A stretch of 64,000 bases of DNA from Alphaproteobacteria bacterium (GTDB lineage: Bacteria > Pseudomonadota > Alphaproteobacteria > Bin95), in the NCBI GenBank assembly GCA_965205265.1, contig CBDBGH010000003.1:1568001-1632000 (forward strand). Reading direction: 5' to 3'. Positions 9,773 to 19,476 of this stretch are shown piece by piece. Each line of letters opens with the position of its first letter. Within the stretch, counting starts at the first letter, position 1. The notes under the pieces were generated by a model, which saw nothing but the letters and a program-made list of their open reading frames with translations, made no database searches and was not told where the DNA came from. The position numbers and the translations under genes were made by a program.

Positions 9773-10739
9773 CTTGCCGGCGCTCTGCCATCTCGTGAGC
9801 CAGTTTCAGGGCCGCAATCAGGCTGTCGGGCCGCGCGCGGCCGGTGCCGGCGATGTCGAGCGCCGTTCCGTGGTCGGGCGAGGTCCGCACGATCGGCAGG
9901 CCGAGCGTGACATTCACCGCGTTATGGAAATCGAGCATCTTCACCGGAATCAGCGCCTGGTCGTGATAGGAGCACAGCGCGGCGTCGTAGCGGTCTCGCG
10001 CTTCGGCATGGAAGAGCGTGTCGGCGGACAGCGGCCCCCGAATGTCGATTCCCTCCCGGCGGAGCCTGGCCGCCGCCGGAGCCATGATCGCGTCCTCTTC
10101 CGGCCCCAACGCCCCGCCCTCCCCGGCATGGGGGTTCAGGCCGGCCAGCGCAAGGCGTGGCGCGGCGATGCCGAAATCGGCCCGCAGGGCATGCGCGACG
10201 ATGCGCGCCGTATCTTCGACAAGGGATGCCGTCAGCCGGTCCGCAACCCCGGACAGCGGAATATGCACGGTCATCGGAACCGTTCGGAGGTGCTTGCCGA
10301 CCAGCATCATGACCGGGCGCCGGGCGCCGGTCAGCGCCGCCAGGAACTCGGTGTGGCCCGGATGGGCGAAGCCGGCGCTCATCAGGCTTTCCTTCTGGAC
10401 CGGAAGCGTGACAACCGCCGAAGCCTCGCCCGCACGAACGGCCGCCACCGCCCGCTCGATGGAAGCGACAACCGCCGGCGCATGCACGGGATCGGCCGTT
10501 CCCGGCTTGACCGGCGCCGTCAGCGGCAGGGGCAGCACCGGCAGGGCATCGGGAAATATCTGCGCGGCTTCGCCGGGGCGGCTTATCTCGCGGACGGGAG
10601 CGGCGGGATCGATCCCGGCCAGCCAGCCGGCGTCGCCTGCCAGAAAGAAGGCCGGAACGCCGGGCGCCGTCCAGGCCTTGAGCGCAAGCTCTCCGCCGAC
10701 GCCGCCCGGTTCGCCCATGGTCAGCGCGAGCGGCTGCAA
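9765..10739 (-). CDS. pdxA: 4-hydroxythreonine-4-phosphate dehydrogenase
   Basis: GHTEFL, GLNPHAGE, YHDQ and RTSPDHGTA motifs. Confidence 0.96.
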   Translation of the reverse strand: MQPLALTMGEPGGVGGELALKAWTAPGVPAFFLAGDAGWLAGIDPAAPVREISRPGEAAQIFPDALPVLPLPLTAPVKPGTADPVHAPAVVASIERAVAAVRAGEASAVVTLPVQKESLMSAGFAHPGHTEFLAALTGARRPVMMLVGKHLRTVPMTVHIPLSGVADRLTASLVEDTARIVAHALRADFGIAAPRLALAGLNPHAGEGGALGPEEDAIMAPAAARLRREGIDIRGPLSADTLFHAEARDRYDAALCSYHDQALIPVKMLDFHNAVNVTLGLPIVRTSPDHGTALDIAGTGRARPDSLIAALKLAHEMAERRQGV

Positions 10740-10743
10740 GGGG

Positions 10744-11694
10744 TCATCTCCGGCGAAATATCAATGCAGACCGGCGCAGGTCCTGCAAATAGCGGTCGGC
10801 CCGCCGGCCGATGCGCTCCACGCGCAACCGCCGTTCGATGCCGGCCCGTTCCGCGGCCTCATCGGCCGCCGCGCTCTCGACGACGCTCTGCTCGCGAAGC
10901 AGGAGGATGTAGAAGCCGTCTTCAAGGCGAACCGGAGCGGACACGCCATTGGGAGGCAGGGTTTCGAGCGCGGCCTCCAGACGGGCGTCGAGCTGCCCGG
11001 CCCGCACACGCCCGAGATCGCCGCCGATGGCTGCGGAAGAGGACTGCGAGAACTGTCTGGCCAGCCCGTCGAAGGAGGCGCCGGCGCGCAATTGCGCCAC
11101 GATTCCCTCCGCAGCAGCACGGACCTCGCCTTCCCTTGCCGGGTCGTCCAGTTCGAGGAAGATTTCCGAAACGACATACTCTTTGGAGCCGACGGCAGCG
11201 CGCCGTTCCGCCAGGCGCGCGTCGATCTCCCCTGCTCCGACTTCGATGCGCGGCGCGATCCGCCGGGTCACCACCGTGTTCCAGGCGGCTTCCACCCGCA
11301 GATGCTCCTTCAACGCCTCGATATCGAGTCCGTTGTTGCGGAAGAACTGGACCAGCCCTCCGGAGGGCAGATTGTTGCGCTTTTCGATGTTCTCAATCTG
11401 CCGTTCGATCTCGCGTTCGCTCACGCGGACTCCGAGCCGGCGCGCTTCCTGGCTTTGCAGGCGTTCATCCATGAGGGTTCGCAGAAGCTGGGACCCGAGC
11501 CGGCGGCGGATCTCCGGAGTATCCCGGACATTGGAGGAAGACAGCGCAATGCCCAGCCGGGCAATCACATCGTACCGGGTGATGATATCGTCGTTGACGA
11601 CCGCCACAATCCGGCCGGCCTGCTGGGCCTGGGCAACACCGCAGGCAGCCAGACCGCAGAACAAGAAAACAAACCGCAGGCACACGCTACGCAT
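10744..11694 (-). CDS. surA: SurA-type peptidylprolyl isomerase chaperone
   Basis: Signal peptide, IVAVVNDDIIT, rotamase motif (LARQFSQ...GGDLG). Upstream of pdxA. Confidence 0.88.
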   Translation of the reverse strand: MRSVCLRFVFLFCGLAACGVAQAQQAGRIVAVVNDDIITRYDVIARLGIALSSSNVRDTPEIRRRLGSQLLRTLMDERLQSQEARRLGVRVSEREIERQIENIEKRNNLPSGGLVQFFRNNGLDIEALKEHLRVEAAWNTVVTRRIAPRIEVGAGEIDARLAERRAAVGSKEYVVSEIFLELDDPAREGEVRAAAEGIVAQLRAGASFDGLARQFSQSSSAAIGGDLGRVRAGQLDARLEAALETLPPNGVSAPVRLEDGFYILLLREQSVVESAAADEAAERAGIERRLRVERIGRRADRYLQDLRRSALIFRRR

Positions 11695-11735
11695 CTTCGC
11701 CGTTTCCGTCTGTCTCGGCAGCTGCAGTTATGCCG

Positions 11736-12827
11736 TTAGCCGTCCTCCAGATGCAAGAGCGCAGCGCAGCCCAGCATCACCGCCGCCGCCGCCGGCGTCC
11801 AGGCCGCCAGCACGACCGGCACCCGACCCGACAATCCGAGCGCGAAAACGACATCCGACAGGATATACAGCAGGAAACCGGCCATGACGCCGGCGGAGAG
11901 CATCACCGCCGTCCCGCCGCGCCGCCGCGACCGTATCGAGACCACGGCCCCGATCAACAGCATCGCCGCAGTCAGGACGACGGATGCCAGCAGCGCATGG
12001 AACCGGAGCCGATGCTTTCGCGCCTGAAAGCCGGCCTCCTCCAATGCCTCGATATATGCCGGCAATCTCCAGACCGACATGGCCGCCGGGCCGGTCAGAC
12101 CGTCTTCAATATGCTCCCAGCTGAGCGTTGTAGGAATTCGCTCCGCAACCCGGCGGGCGGGCACGCCGCGGGAGTCGGCTTCCCAAACGCCTTCCAGAAA
12201 CCAGTGACCGTCGCGCAGTTCCGCCGAAGCGGCGTCCAGGCGGTTGCGAAAGTGGCGCAATCCTTCGAAACGATACAGCACCACGTCATGCAGGATGCGT
12301 CCCCTGCCGACCCGGTCTGCAAACAGAACGGTCAGGTCCCCGTCGGCGACTTCCCGCAGCCACAGTCCGGATCGGGAAATCGACGATACCGGAGCCGCGC
12401 TGCCGAAATATCGCGCTTCGAGGCGTTCGAAGCGCCCCTGGGCGGCCGCTGCGAGCGGACCGTAAAACACCACCTTCCCGGCGCCCAGCGCGAATGCGAC
12501 CGCCAGCGCCGGCAGCAACAGCTTCCAGACCGAGACGCCGGCCCCGTGTGCAGCTGTCAATTCGTTGTGCCGTCCGAGACGGTCGAAAGCGAACAAGCTG
12601 CCGAAGAGCACTGCGAACGGCAGCAGGAGCTCCAGCGTCGCCGGCAATTCCAGCGTCGCCATCTCAAGCACGATTGCAAATGTGGCCTCGTCTCTCGACC
12701 CGGACCGGCGCAACAGTTCGATCATGCCGACCAGCCAGACAAGACCTCCCAACACGACCAGCACAATGCAGACCCATACGAAAAACCGTCGGGCCAGATA
12801 GCGGGAGAGCACTCCGAATCGTTCCAT
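11736..12827 (-). CDS. lptG: LPS export ABC permease
   Basis: YjgP/Q architecture (LGRHNELTA..GAGVS), C-terminal LLHLEDG. Confidence 0.88.
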   Translation of the reverse strand: MERFGVLSRYLARRFFVWVCIVLVVLGGLVWLVGMIELLRRSGSRDEATFAIVLEMATLELPATLELLLPFAVLFGSLFAFDRLGRHNELTAAHGAGVSVWKLLLPALAVAFALGAGKVVFYGPLAAAAQGRFERLEARYFGSAAPVSSISRSGLWLREVADGDLTVLFADRVGRGRILHDVVLYRFEGLRHFRNRLDAASAELRDGHWFLEGVWEADSRGVPARRVAERIPTTLSWEHIEDGLTGPAAMSVWRLPAYIEALEEAGFQARKHRLRFHALLASVVLTAAMLLIGAVVSIRSRRRGGTAVMLSAGVMAGFLLYILSDVVFALGLSGRVPVVLAAWTPAAAAVMLGCAALLHLEDG

Positions 12828-12839
12828 CCGCGCCTCTTT

Positions 12840-13934
12840 TCAGACGGCCGACGGACGGCGGCGGCCGCCCATTGCCAGCAGCGCGAATCCGATCAGGATG
12901 GGCGCCGCCCCGATAGCATATTGAAGACCTGCAAGTGCCGGCAGCTTCGCCACTGCCGCCTTCACCGCAAAAGCTCCTACCAGAAGGCCGAACGCAAGCG
13001 CGCCTGCCAGGGCCGGCCTGAAGGAGTGGCCGCGACGGCTTACGCCCCCCAGGAGCAGGCATGCAAGCGCCACGGCGGTCACGGCGCCGGGCATAAGGCC
13101 GCTGGCCAGCCGGAAATGCGCCTCTGCCTTGTGCTTCGCCACATTCGCCTGTCCGACCTCTTCGACGGAAGGATTCAGCAATTCGCCCAATGTCCGTTCT
13201 CGCCGGCTGCGCGACCTCTTCGGAATGGCCGGCAAGTTCAGCTCAATCGTGTTGCTATCGAAATATACGAGGGTCAGGCGGCCGGTTTTCCGGTCGATTT
13301 CCTGCCGGCTTCCATTGAATGCGACCAGTCTTGGCACGCCGTCCGCTATCGTCACGGTCCCCCTCTCGGCCATGTAGGTAATGCGCCGGTCGGGATCCTT
13401 GTCGTCCTGCAGCAGAATTCCGGAATACTCGCTCGCGCCGACACCGTCCTGTACATACAACGTCATGTCCCGGCCGATCTGTCGGAAGACGCCCGGACGG
13501 ACGAACAGCACCGAAAAATGGTCCTTCAAGCTCGACTGGAGGTCCCGAAGCTCCCTCTCCGAGGCGGGCGCCAATACGAGCGCGTTCCAGGTAACGGCTC
13601 CCATGACCGCCAGTCCCAGCAACAAGGCCGGCACCGCCAGACGCAGGTCGCTGACGCCGGCCGCGCGCATCACGATCACCTCGCTGTCGGAAGCCATCCG
13701 GACATAGACAAGCAAGACGGAAATCAGCAACGCCAGAGGCAGTCCCACCCCCGCCAGATACGGCAATGCCAGCATGACGAGCGCCGCGAACATTTCGATG
13801 GCAATGCCGCGTTCCACGATGTCATCGACGAAACGAAGCGCTGTCGCCAGCAACAGCAGAGGGGCCAGGGCACCGGCCGCGGCGCAGAGCGCGACAAGCA
13901 GACGCCGCAGCACGTAAAGATCGGTCTGGCGCAT
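12840..13934 (-). CDS. lptF: LPS export ABC permease
   Basis: Starts MRQTDLYVLRRL and has the DSEVIVMRAAGVS motif. The longer ORF-track extension is the antisense shadow of pepA. Confidence 0.88.
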   Translation of the reverse strand: MRQTDLYVLRRLLVALCAAAGALAPLLLLATALRFVDDIVERGIAIEMFAALVMLALPYLAGVGLPLALLISVLLVYVRMASDSEVIVMRAAGVSDLRLAVPALLLGLAVMGAVTWNALVLAPASERELRDLQSSLKDHFSVLFVRPGVFRQIGRDMTLYVQDGVGASEYSGILLQDDKDPDRRITYMAERGTVTIADGVPRLVAFNGSRQEIDRKTGRLTLVYFDSNTIELNLPAIPKRSRSRRERTLGELLNPSVEEVGQANVAKHKAEAHFRLASGLMPGAVTAVALACLLLGGVSRRGHSFRPALAGALAFGLLVGAFAVKAAVAKLPALAGLQYAIGAAPILIGFALLAMGGRRRPSAV

Positions 13935-13988
13935 CGTGCGCCTGTATGCTGCTTTACCGAAAATCAGACAAGCCGCATGAGGGTCACG

Positions 13989-15449
13989 ATGAAGGTTTCT
14001 TTCGCCGCTCCCGCCCTGCCCCGTTCCGGAGCCCTGGTGCTCACAGTCGCAAAAGGAGGGGCTCTGGAAGGCCTGGCGGCCGAAGCGGACGCCGCTGCAT
14101 CGGGCGCCCTTTCGAAAGCGATGACGGCTTCCCGTTTCGATGGCGAAGCGAAGGCTGCGCTCGAAGTGATGGCGCCTTCCGGCCTGGATGCAGAACGGGT
14201 CCTGATTATCGGTGTCGGAGAGGAGCTGGATGGCCGGCTCGCCGAAGATGTGGGCGGCACCGTCTATTCTGCGCTCGCAAAGTCGGGATCCGGTTCGGCG
14301 ACACTGGTCTGGCCGCAGACCGGCTCCGCCGCTGCCGCCGGTCTTGGCGCAGCCCTTGCCGCCTACCGGTTCGACAAATACCGCACGAAGCTGAAAGACA
14401 ACGACAAGCCGGCGCTCACGGAACTTGTCATCGCGGCGCCCGACACCGACGCTGCCCGCCGGTCCTACGAGGAAGACGGCGCCAGGGTGGTCGAGGCCGT
14501 TGCCTTCGCGCGCGACTTCGTCTCGGAGCCGGGCAATGTCCTTTATCCCGAGAGCTATGCGGACGGGCTTCGCGAACTGGAAGCGCTCGGCGTTTCCGTG
14601 GAAGTGTTCGACCGGGCCGCGCTCGAAGAACTGAAGATGGCGACACTGCTGGGCGTAGCGCAGGGGAGCGCGCGGGAAGCCCGGGTGGTCGTCATGCACT
14701 GGCGGGGCGCAGAGGGACCGCCGATAGCTCTCGTCGGCAAGGGCGTCACTTTCGATACCGGCGGCATCTCCATAAAGCCGAGCGGCGGCATGGAAGAGAT
14801 GAAATGGGACATGGGCGGGTCCGCCGCCGTCGCCGGGGCCATGAGGGCTGTTGCCGGGCGCAAGGCGGCCGCGAATGTCGTCGGTATCGTGGGCCTGGTG
14901 GAAAACATGCCTTCGGCGACGGCGCAGCGGCCCGGCGATGTCGTGACCAGCTACTCCGGACAGACGGTCGAGGTTATCAACACCGACGCCGAAGGCCGCC
15001 TCGTTCTGGCGGACCTGCTGGCCTATGTCATCGAGCGTTACGAACCGCACGCCGTGGTCGATCTGGCGACGCTGACCGGCGCCATGGTCATGGCGCTTGC
15101 CCACGAATATGCCGGCGTGTTCTCCAACGACGACACGCTTGCAGAGGCGCTGATATCGGCCGGCGCGGCCGTGGACGAGAAGCTGTGGCGGTTCCCGCTG
15201 CACGACGCCTACGACAAGATGCTGGAGTCGCCTATCGCCGACATGCGCAACATCGGCTCCGCGCGCGAGGCAGGCGCGATAACGGCGGCGCAGTTCCTGA
15301 AGCGCTTCGTCGGCGAGACTCCCTGGGCCCACCTCGACATCGCCGGCACGGCCTGGACGGACAAGGCGCGTCCGACCGTGCCGAAGGGGGCCACGGGATA
15401 CGGCGTACGCCTGCTCGACCGGCTGGTTCGGGATGTCTGCGAAAGCTGA
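13989..15449 (+). CDS. pepA: Leucyl aminopeptidase
   Basis: GKGVTFDTGG, MKWDMGG, NTDAEGRL and WAHLDIAG motifs. Start placed at MKVSF after GAGG. Confidence 0.95.
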   Translation: MKVSFAAPALPRSGALVLTVAKGGALEGLAAEADAAASGALSKAMTASRFDGEAKAALEVMAPSGLDAERVLIIGVGEELDGRLAEDVGGTVYSALAKSGSGSATLVWPQTGSAAAAGLGAALAAYRFDKYRTKLKDNDKPALTELVIAAPDTDAARRSYEEDGARVVEAVAFARDFVSEPGNVLYPESYADGLRELEALGVSVEVFDRAALEELKMATLLGVAQGSAREARVVVMHWRGAEGPPIALVGKGVTFDTGGISIKPSGGMEEMKWDMGGSAAVAGAMRAVAGRKAAANVVGIVGLVENMPSATAQRPGDVVTSYSGQTVEVINTDAEGRLVLADLLAYVIERYEPHAVVDLATLTGAMVMALAHEYAGVFSNDDTLAEALISAGAAVDEKLWRFPLHDAYDKMLESPIADMRNIGSAREAGAITAAQFLKRFVGETPWAHLDIAGTAWTDKARPTVPKGATGYGVRLLDRLVRDVCES

Positions 15450-15885
15450 CCCGCCGGTCTTCTACGACCTGGACGGCGCGCCGCTGGACCTCGGCCTGGG
15501 CCGGCTGCTGGAAGCAGCGCTGGCCGAGGGCCGGCGCGTATGCGTCCGCCTCGGCCAGGAAGAGCGGGTGGCGGCGCTGGACCAGGGGCTCTGGACCTAC
15601 CGCAACGACAGCTTCCTGCCGCATGGATGCGAGGGCGACCCGGCCGAGCATCCGGTATGGCTGACGGTGGCAGCCGGAAACCCCAATGCGGCCGACCTGC
15701 TCGTCCTGGTGGACGATGCGCCGCTGGACGGACGCGAAGGATTCGCCGGCACCGCCTATCTGTTCGACCGGCGCGATCCCGCAATGCGGGACATTGCCCG
15801 CGACCGGTTTGCCGCATTCCGCGACGAGGGAAGCCGGCCCGTATATCTGCGGTTCGGGCCGCAGGGCTGGCCGCAGTCCGAATAG
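15433..15885 (+). CDS. holC: DNA polymerase III chi subunit
   Basis: LD..LWTY...SFLPHG motif. Follows pepA. Confidence 0.9.
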   Translation: MSAKADPPVFYDLDGAPLDLGLGRLLEAALAEGRRVCVRLGQEERVAALDQGLWTYRNDSFLPHGCEGDPAEHPVWLTVAAGNPNAADLLVLVDDAPLDGREGFAGTAYLFDRRDPAMRDIARDRFAAFRDEGSRPVYLRFGPQGWPQSE

Positions 15886-15952
15886 GGCCGTTGTGCGGGC
15901 AGGGCGGCATGGCTATAACGCCGCGCCCGCCGTGCTGGGGAGGAGACCTGAA

Positions 15953-16375
15953 GTGGCGACCGAACGCACATTATCCATCGTGAAGCCCGACGCGACCCGA
16001 CGCCATCTGACGGGAGAGATCGTCGCCCGGCTGGAGAAGGCCGGACTCAGGGTCGTGGCCCAGAAACGCATTCGGCTGACGCGGGAGCAGGCGGAAGGCT
16101 TTTACGCCGAGCACGGCGAGCGGCCCTTTTTCGCCGATCTTTGCACATTCATGACCTCGGGCCCCGTCGTTGTGCAGGTGCTCGAATGCGAGGGCGCCAT
16201 CGAACTCAATCGGGAGATCATGGGCGTCACCAACCCGGCCAACGCCGCCGAAGGCACAATCCGCAAGGATTACGGCGAGTCGATCGAGGCGAATTCCGTC
16301 CACGGCTCTGACTCTCCCGAGAGCGCGGCGCGCGAGATCGCCTACTTCTTCAGCGCCTGCGAAATCGTCGGCTAA
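15953..16375 (+). CDS. ndk: Nucleoside diphosphate kinase
   Basis: GTG start after [17 protein letters not shown] and NSVHGSDS motifs. 140 aa. Confidence 0.96.
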   Translation: MATERTLSIVKPDATRRHLTGEIVARLEKAGLRVVAQKRIRLTREQAEGFYAEHGERPFFADLCTFMTSGPVVVQVLECEGAIELNREIMGVTNPANAAEGTIRKDYGESIEANSVHGSDSPESAAREIAYFFSACEIVG

Positions 16376-17121
16376 ACCCGGTCCGGGCTATCGACACGGG
16401 CTACAGTCAAGGCATCGACACGGGCCGCGCCGGCGCGCTTGAGAGTCCGCGCGCAGGCCTCGAGCGTCGCCCCGGTCGTCAACACGTCGTCCACGACAAC
16501 GATTCGTGCGCCGCGAACCCGGTCCCGCCAGGCGGGCGCGACGCGGAAGGCACCGGCAACATTGCGTCCCCGTTCGTTGCGCCCGAGCTCCGTTTGCGGG
16601 CGCGTGCGCCTTATGCGCCGCAAGAGATCGGGAGCGAAGGCCCCCTCGCCTCCGGCGGCGAGCCGTCCCGCCAGCAGCGCGGCCTGGTTGTAGCGCCGCC
16701 GGTAGAGACGCATCCAGTGAAGCGGCACCGGCGCGATCCAGTCCGTGTCCTTCAGCAGCGCCGCGCCGGCTTCCCGCGCCCATGTTGACAGCAGCGGCGC
16801 CAGTCCGGTTTCGTCGCGAAATTTGAAGCTTTGGATTAGATTTCTGGCATTACCGCCATAAATCAACGCGCTTCTTGCCCGATCATAGGCGGGGTGTTTC
16901 GCCATGCACGCGCCGCAAAGCGAGCCGGCTTCCGCCTGGAAGGCGAAGGGCCGCCCGCAACTGTCGCACAGCGGCTCGGCAATGAATTCGAGGTCCGACC
17001 AGCAGGCCCCGCAGAGAGTCGCCGGGTCCGCCACCGGGCCCCGGCAAAAGGCGCAGCGCGGCGGCAGCGCGAGGTCCAGCAGCCGGCGCGCAAATGCCGC
17101 AGCCCCCGTTCCGGGAAACAC
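16372..17121 (-). CDS. comF: ComF family protein (double zinc ribbon plus PRTase)
   Basis: CxxC pairs, PVPLH..R...R.YNQ and [10 protein letters not shown] motifs. Confidence 0.9.
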   Translation of the reverse strand: MFPGTGAAAFARRLLDLALPPRCAFCRGPVADPATLCGACWSDLEFIAEPLCDSCGRPFAFQAEAGSLCGACMAKHPAYDRARSALIYGGNARNLIQSFKFRDETGLAPLLSTWAREAGAALLKDTDWIAPVPLHWMRLYRRRYNQAALLAGRLAAGGEGAFAPDLLRRIRRTRPQTELGRNERGRNVAGAFRVAPAWRDRVRGARIVVVDDVLTTGATLEACARTLKRAGAARVDALTVARVDSPDRV

Positions 17122-17130
17122 CGGACCGGA

Positions 17131-18663
17131 TCAGGCGGGACGGCTCCAGAACCGCGTCGTGCCGTCGCGGTCGAGCTGTTCGACCAGGCCGGTCTCCCAG
17201 TCGAGATAGGCCTGCATGTTCTCCTCGACGGTTCCGCCCTGCTCATAGGGCTTGAGCCACACATCGTCGGCCGTATCCGCCATGTGCAGAGCCCCGCTCT
17301 CCAGCGGCCCGGTCCATGCCGCCGTGCCGCCCTCCAGCACGGCGACCGGGCGGTCGAAATCGCCGGCGGCCAGATGCGCCAGCCGCCCGTCCGGTGAGGT
17401 GAAGACATAGCGGTCCGCGTCCGGCAGGCGCGCCGAGGCGAGCCGCGAGCGGATCGCAAACCAGGCGCCCGGTATATGGCCTTCGGCGTAGCTGCGGCTG
17501 TCGGCGAAATCGACCACGACCGCGCCCTCGACGGCCTCCGGGCCGACCGTCGGCACGTCGGCCAGGCCCGGAATGTCGGGATCGGCAGGCCCGGTCTCCA
17601 GCGCGCCGCCCTCCAGCGCGCCTTCCAGCACGGCCGCGTCCCAGTTCATCTGCCGGAGCCAGTGCGCGGTCATCGCGGCGCGGACACCGTTGTCGTCCAC
17701 CAGGAAGATGCGCGCGCCCCGCACCGCCGCATAGCGGTCGGTCGCCTGCACCAGCTGCCCGCCGGGCGCCGAACGCGAGCCCTTCAAATGCCCCGCCTCG
17801 AATTCGTGCGGGTGACGGACATCGAAGATATAGGTGGTCCGGTCCGGCGCGGGCGGGATTGCGCCCACGACCGGCACCTCGAACCGCTCGGCGACCGCCC
17901 TGGCGCAGCCGCGCGCCGCCTGCAGCCCGGCCGGGCTCGGGTTCGGGGCGGGACGTTCATTGCCGCGCTCCAGTTCCAGGCCGGCCAGATGCCAGCCCAT
18001 CGTGCCGTTACGGAGCGCCGCCACCCGGTTCGGGATGCCGGCATTGATGAGCGATTGCGCGCCGATGATGCTGCGCGTCCGCCCGGCGCAGTTGACGATG
18101 ACCGTCGTCTCCGGCGACGGCGCGAGGTCGTGGACGCGATAGACCAGCTCCGCCCCCGGACAGCAGATCCCGGTGGGAATGTTCATATTGCGGAACTCGT
18201 CCATCGGCCGGCTGTCCAGCACGACAACCGGGTCCGGCCCCTCGAGCATGTCGCTCAGCTCCTCGGCCGAGACGGAGGGCGTGTCATAGGCGTGCTCGAC
18301 ATATTCGCCGAAGGCCTTGCTCGGCACATTGAAACCGGAGAACACCTCATAGCCTGCCCGCCGCCAGGCTTCGACGCCGTTCGCGAACAGGACGACATCC
18401 GTGTAGCCGAGTTCGCGAAGCCGCGCCGCGCCGCGCTCGGCCAGTCCCTCGCCATTGTCGGTGGCGACGATCCGGGTCGCCATGTGCGGCACGAGGGCGC
18501 GGATTTCGAGCTCCAGCCGGGAAAGCGGGACATTGCAGGCATGCAGCAGGTGCGCGGGCGCGAACGATCCTTCCTCGCGAAAGTCGATGACGGCCAGTTC
18601 GCCCTCTCCCTCCAGCGCCTCGCGCAACGCTTCGGCCGAGATCGCGCTATAGTTCTCGTTCAT
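17131..18663 (-). CDS. Multi-domain rhodanese-like sulfurtransferase
   Basis: Four rhodanese repeats (IDFRE, LDSRP with NCAGRTRS active-site loop, FDVRH, VDFAD). Start MNENY. Confidence 0.85.
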   Translation of the reverse strand: MNENYSAISAEALREALEGEGELAVIDFREEGSFAPAHLLHACNVPLSRLELEIRALVPHMATRIVATDNGEGLAERGAARLRELGYTDVVLFANGVEAWRRAGYEVFSGFNVPSKAFGEYVEHAYDTPSVSAEELSDMLEGPDPVVVLDSRPMDEFRNMNIPTGICCPGAELVYRVHDLAPSPETTVIVNCAGRTRSIIGAQSLINAGIPNRVAALRNGTMGWHLAGLELERGNERPAPNPSPAGLQAARGCARAVAERFEVPVVGAIPPAPDRTTYIFDVRHPHEFEAGHLKGSRSAPGGQLVQATDRYAAVRGARIFLVDDNGVRAAMTAHWLRQMNWDAAVLEGALEGGALETGPADPDIPGLADVPTVGPEAVEGAVVVDFADSRSYAEGHIPGAWFAIRSRLASARLPDADRYVFTSPDGRLAHLAAGDFDRPVAVLEGGTAAWTGPLESGALHMADTADDVWLKPYEQGGTVEENMQAYLDWETGLVEQLDRDGTTRFWSRPA

Positions 18664-18693
18664 GGGGTTTCCTTCCGGCGCAGCGGGGCGTCG

Positions 18694-19476
18694 ATGATAC
18701 CGCAACTCTTCGACCGGGGCGCCCTTCGCCGCCACCGCGACCGCGCCGCCGCTGCGCCGCCCGGCGCGGATTTCCTGTTTCGCGAAGTGGCGGAGCGGCT
18801 GGCGGACCGCCTCGACGATGTGACCGTCAGCTTCCCGCTCGCGCTCGACATCGGCGCGCGCGACGGCGTGCTGGCGCGCGCGCTGCGCGGCCGGGGCGGC
18901 ATCGAGGCCCTCATCCGCCTGGAGGCGTCGGAGGCGCTTTGCCGCGCAGGCGGCGGCACAGGCGCTGTCGGCGAGGAGGACAGCCTGCCCTTCGGGCCGC
19001 AGAGCTTCCACCTGATCGCAAGCAATCTCGCCCTGCACTGGACGCAGGACCTTCCGGGCGCGCTCGCCCAGATAAAGCGCGCGCTCAAGCCCGGCGGCCT
19101 CTTCCTCGCAAGCCTATTCGGCGGCGAAACGCTGACCGAGCTGCGCCAGGGCCTGCTCGCCGCCGATGCGGCCGCGTCCGGCGGCGCGGCGCCCAGGGTT
19201 TCCCCATTCGCGGACCTGCGCGACGCCGCGGGGCTGCTGCAGCGCGCCGGATTCGAACTGCCGGTCGCCGATCTGGACACCATCCGGGTCACTTACGAAT
19301 CGCCCTTCAGGCTGATGGCCGACCTTCGCGCCATGGGCGAGACCAATGTGCTCGTGGCGCGGCCGCGCCACTTCGCGCGCCGCGCGCTGTTCGCCGAACT
19401 CGCCTCGCAATACACCGGCCGGCAGGCGGTGACATTCCAGGTCATTTATCTCTCCGGCTGGGCCCGATCCGCGTAG
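18694..19476 (+). CDS. SAM-dependent methyltransferase (BioC/NDUFAF5-like)
   Basis: LFDR...HRDRA, LDIGARDG, NLALHW and RVSPF...LLQRAGF.LPV.D motifs. Confidence 0.88.
   Translation: MIPQLFDRGALRRHRDRAAAAPPGADFLFREVAERLADRLDDVTVSFPLALDIGARDGVLARALRGRGGIEALIRLEASEALCRAGGGTGAVGEEDSLPFGPQSFHLIASNLALHWTQDLPGALAQIKRALKPGGLFLASLFGGETLTELRQGLLAADAAASGGAAPRVSPFADLRDAAGLLQRAGFELPVADLDTIRVTYESPFRLMADLRAMGETNVLVARPRHFARRALFAELASQYTGRQAVTFQVIYLSGWARSA

Noticed and set aside
11730-15449. 1239-aa ORF suggesting a giant PepA fusion (similar extensions on dapA, aatA-like, GST, RraA-like, NadX-like and methyltransferase ORFs)
   Set aside because: The N-terminal extensions overlap real opposite-strand genes or intergenic repeats. 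The true starts lie downstream, where family similarity begins.
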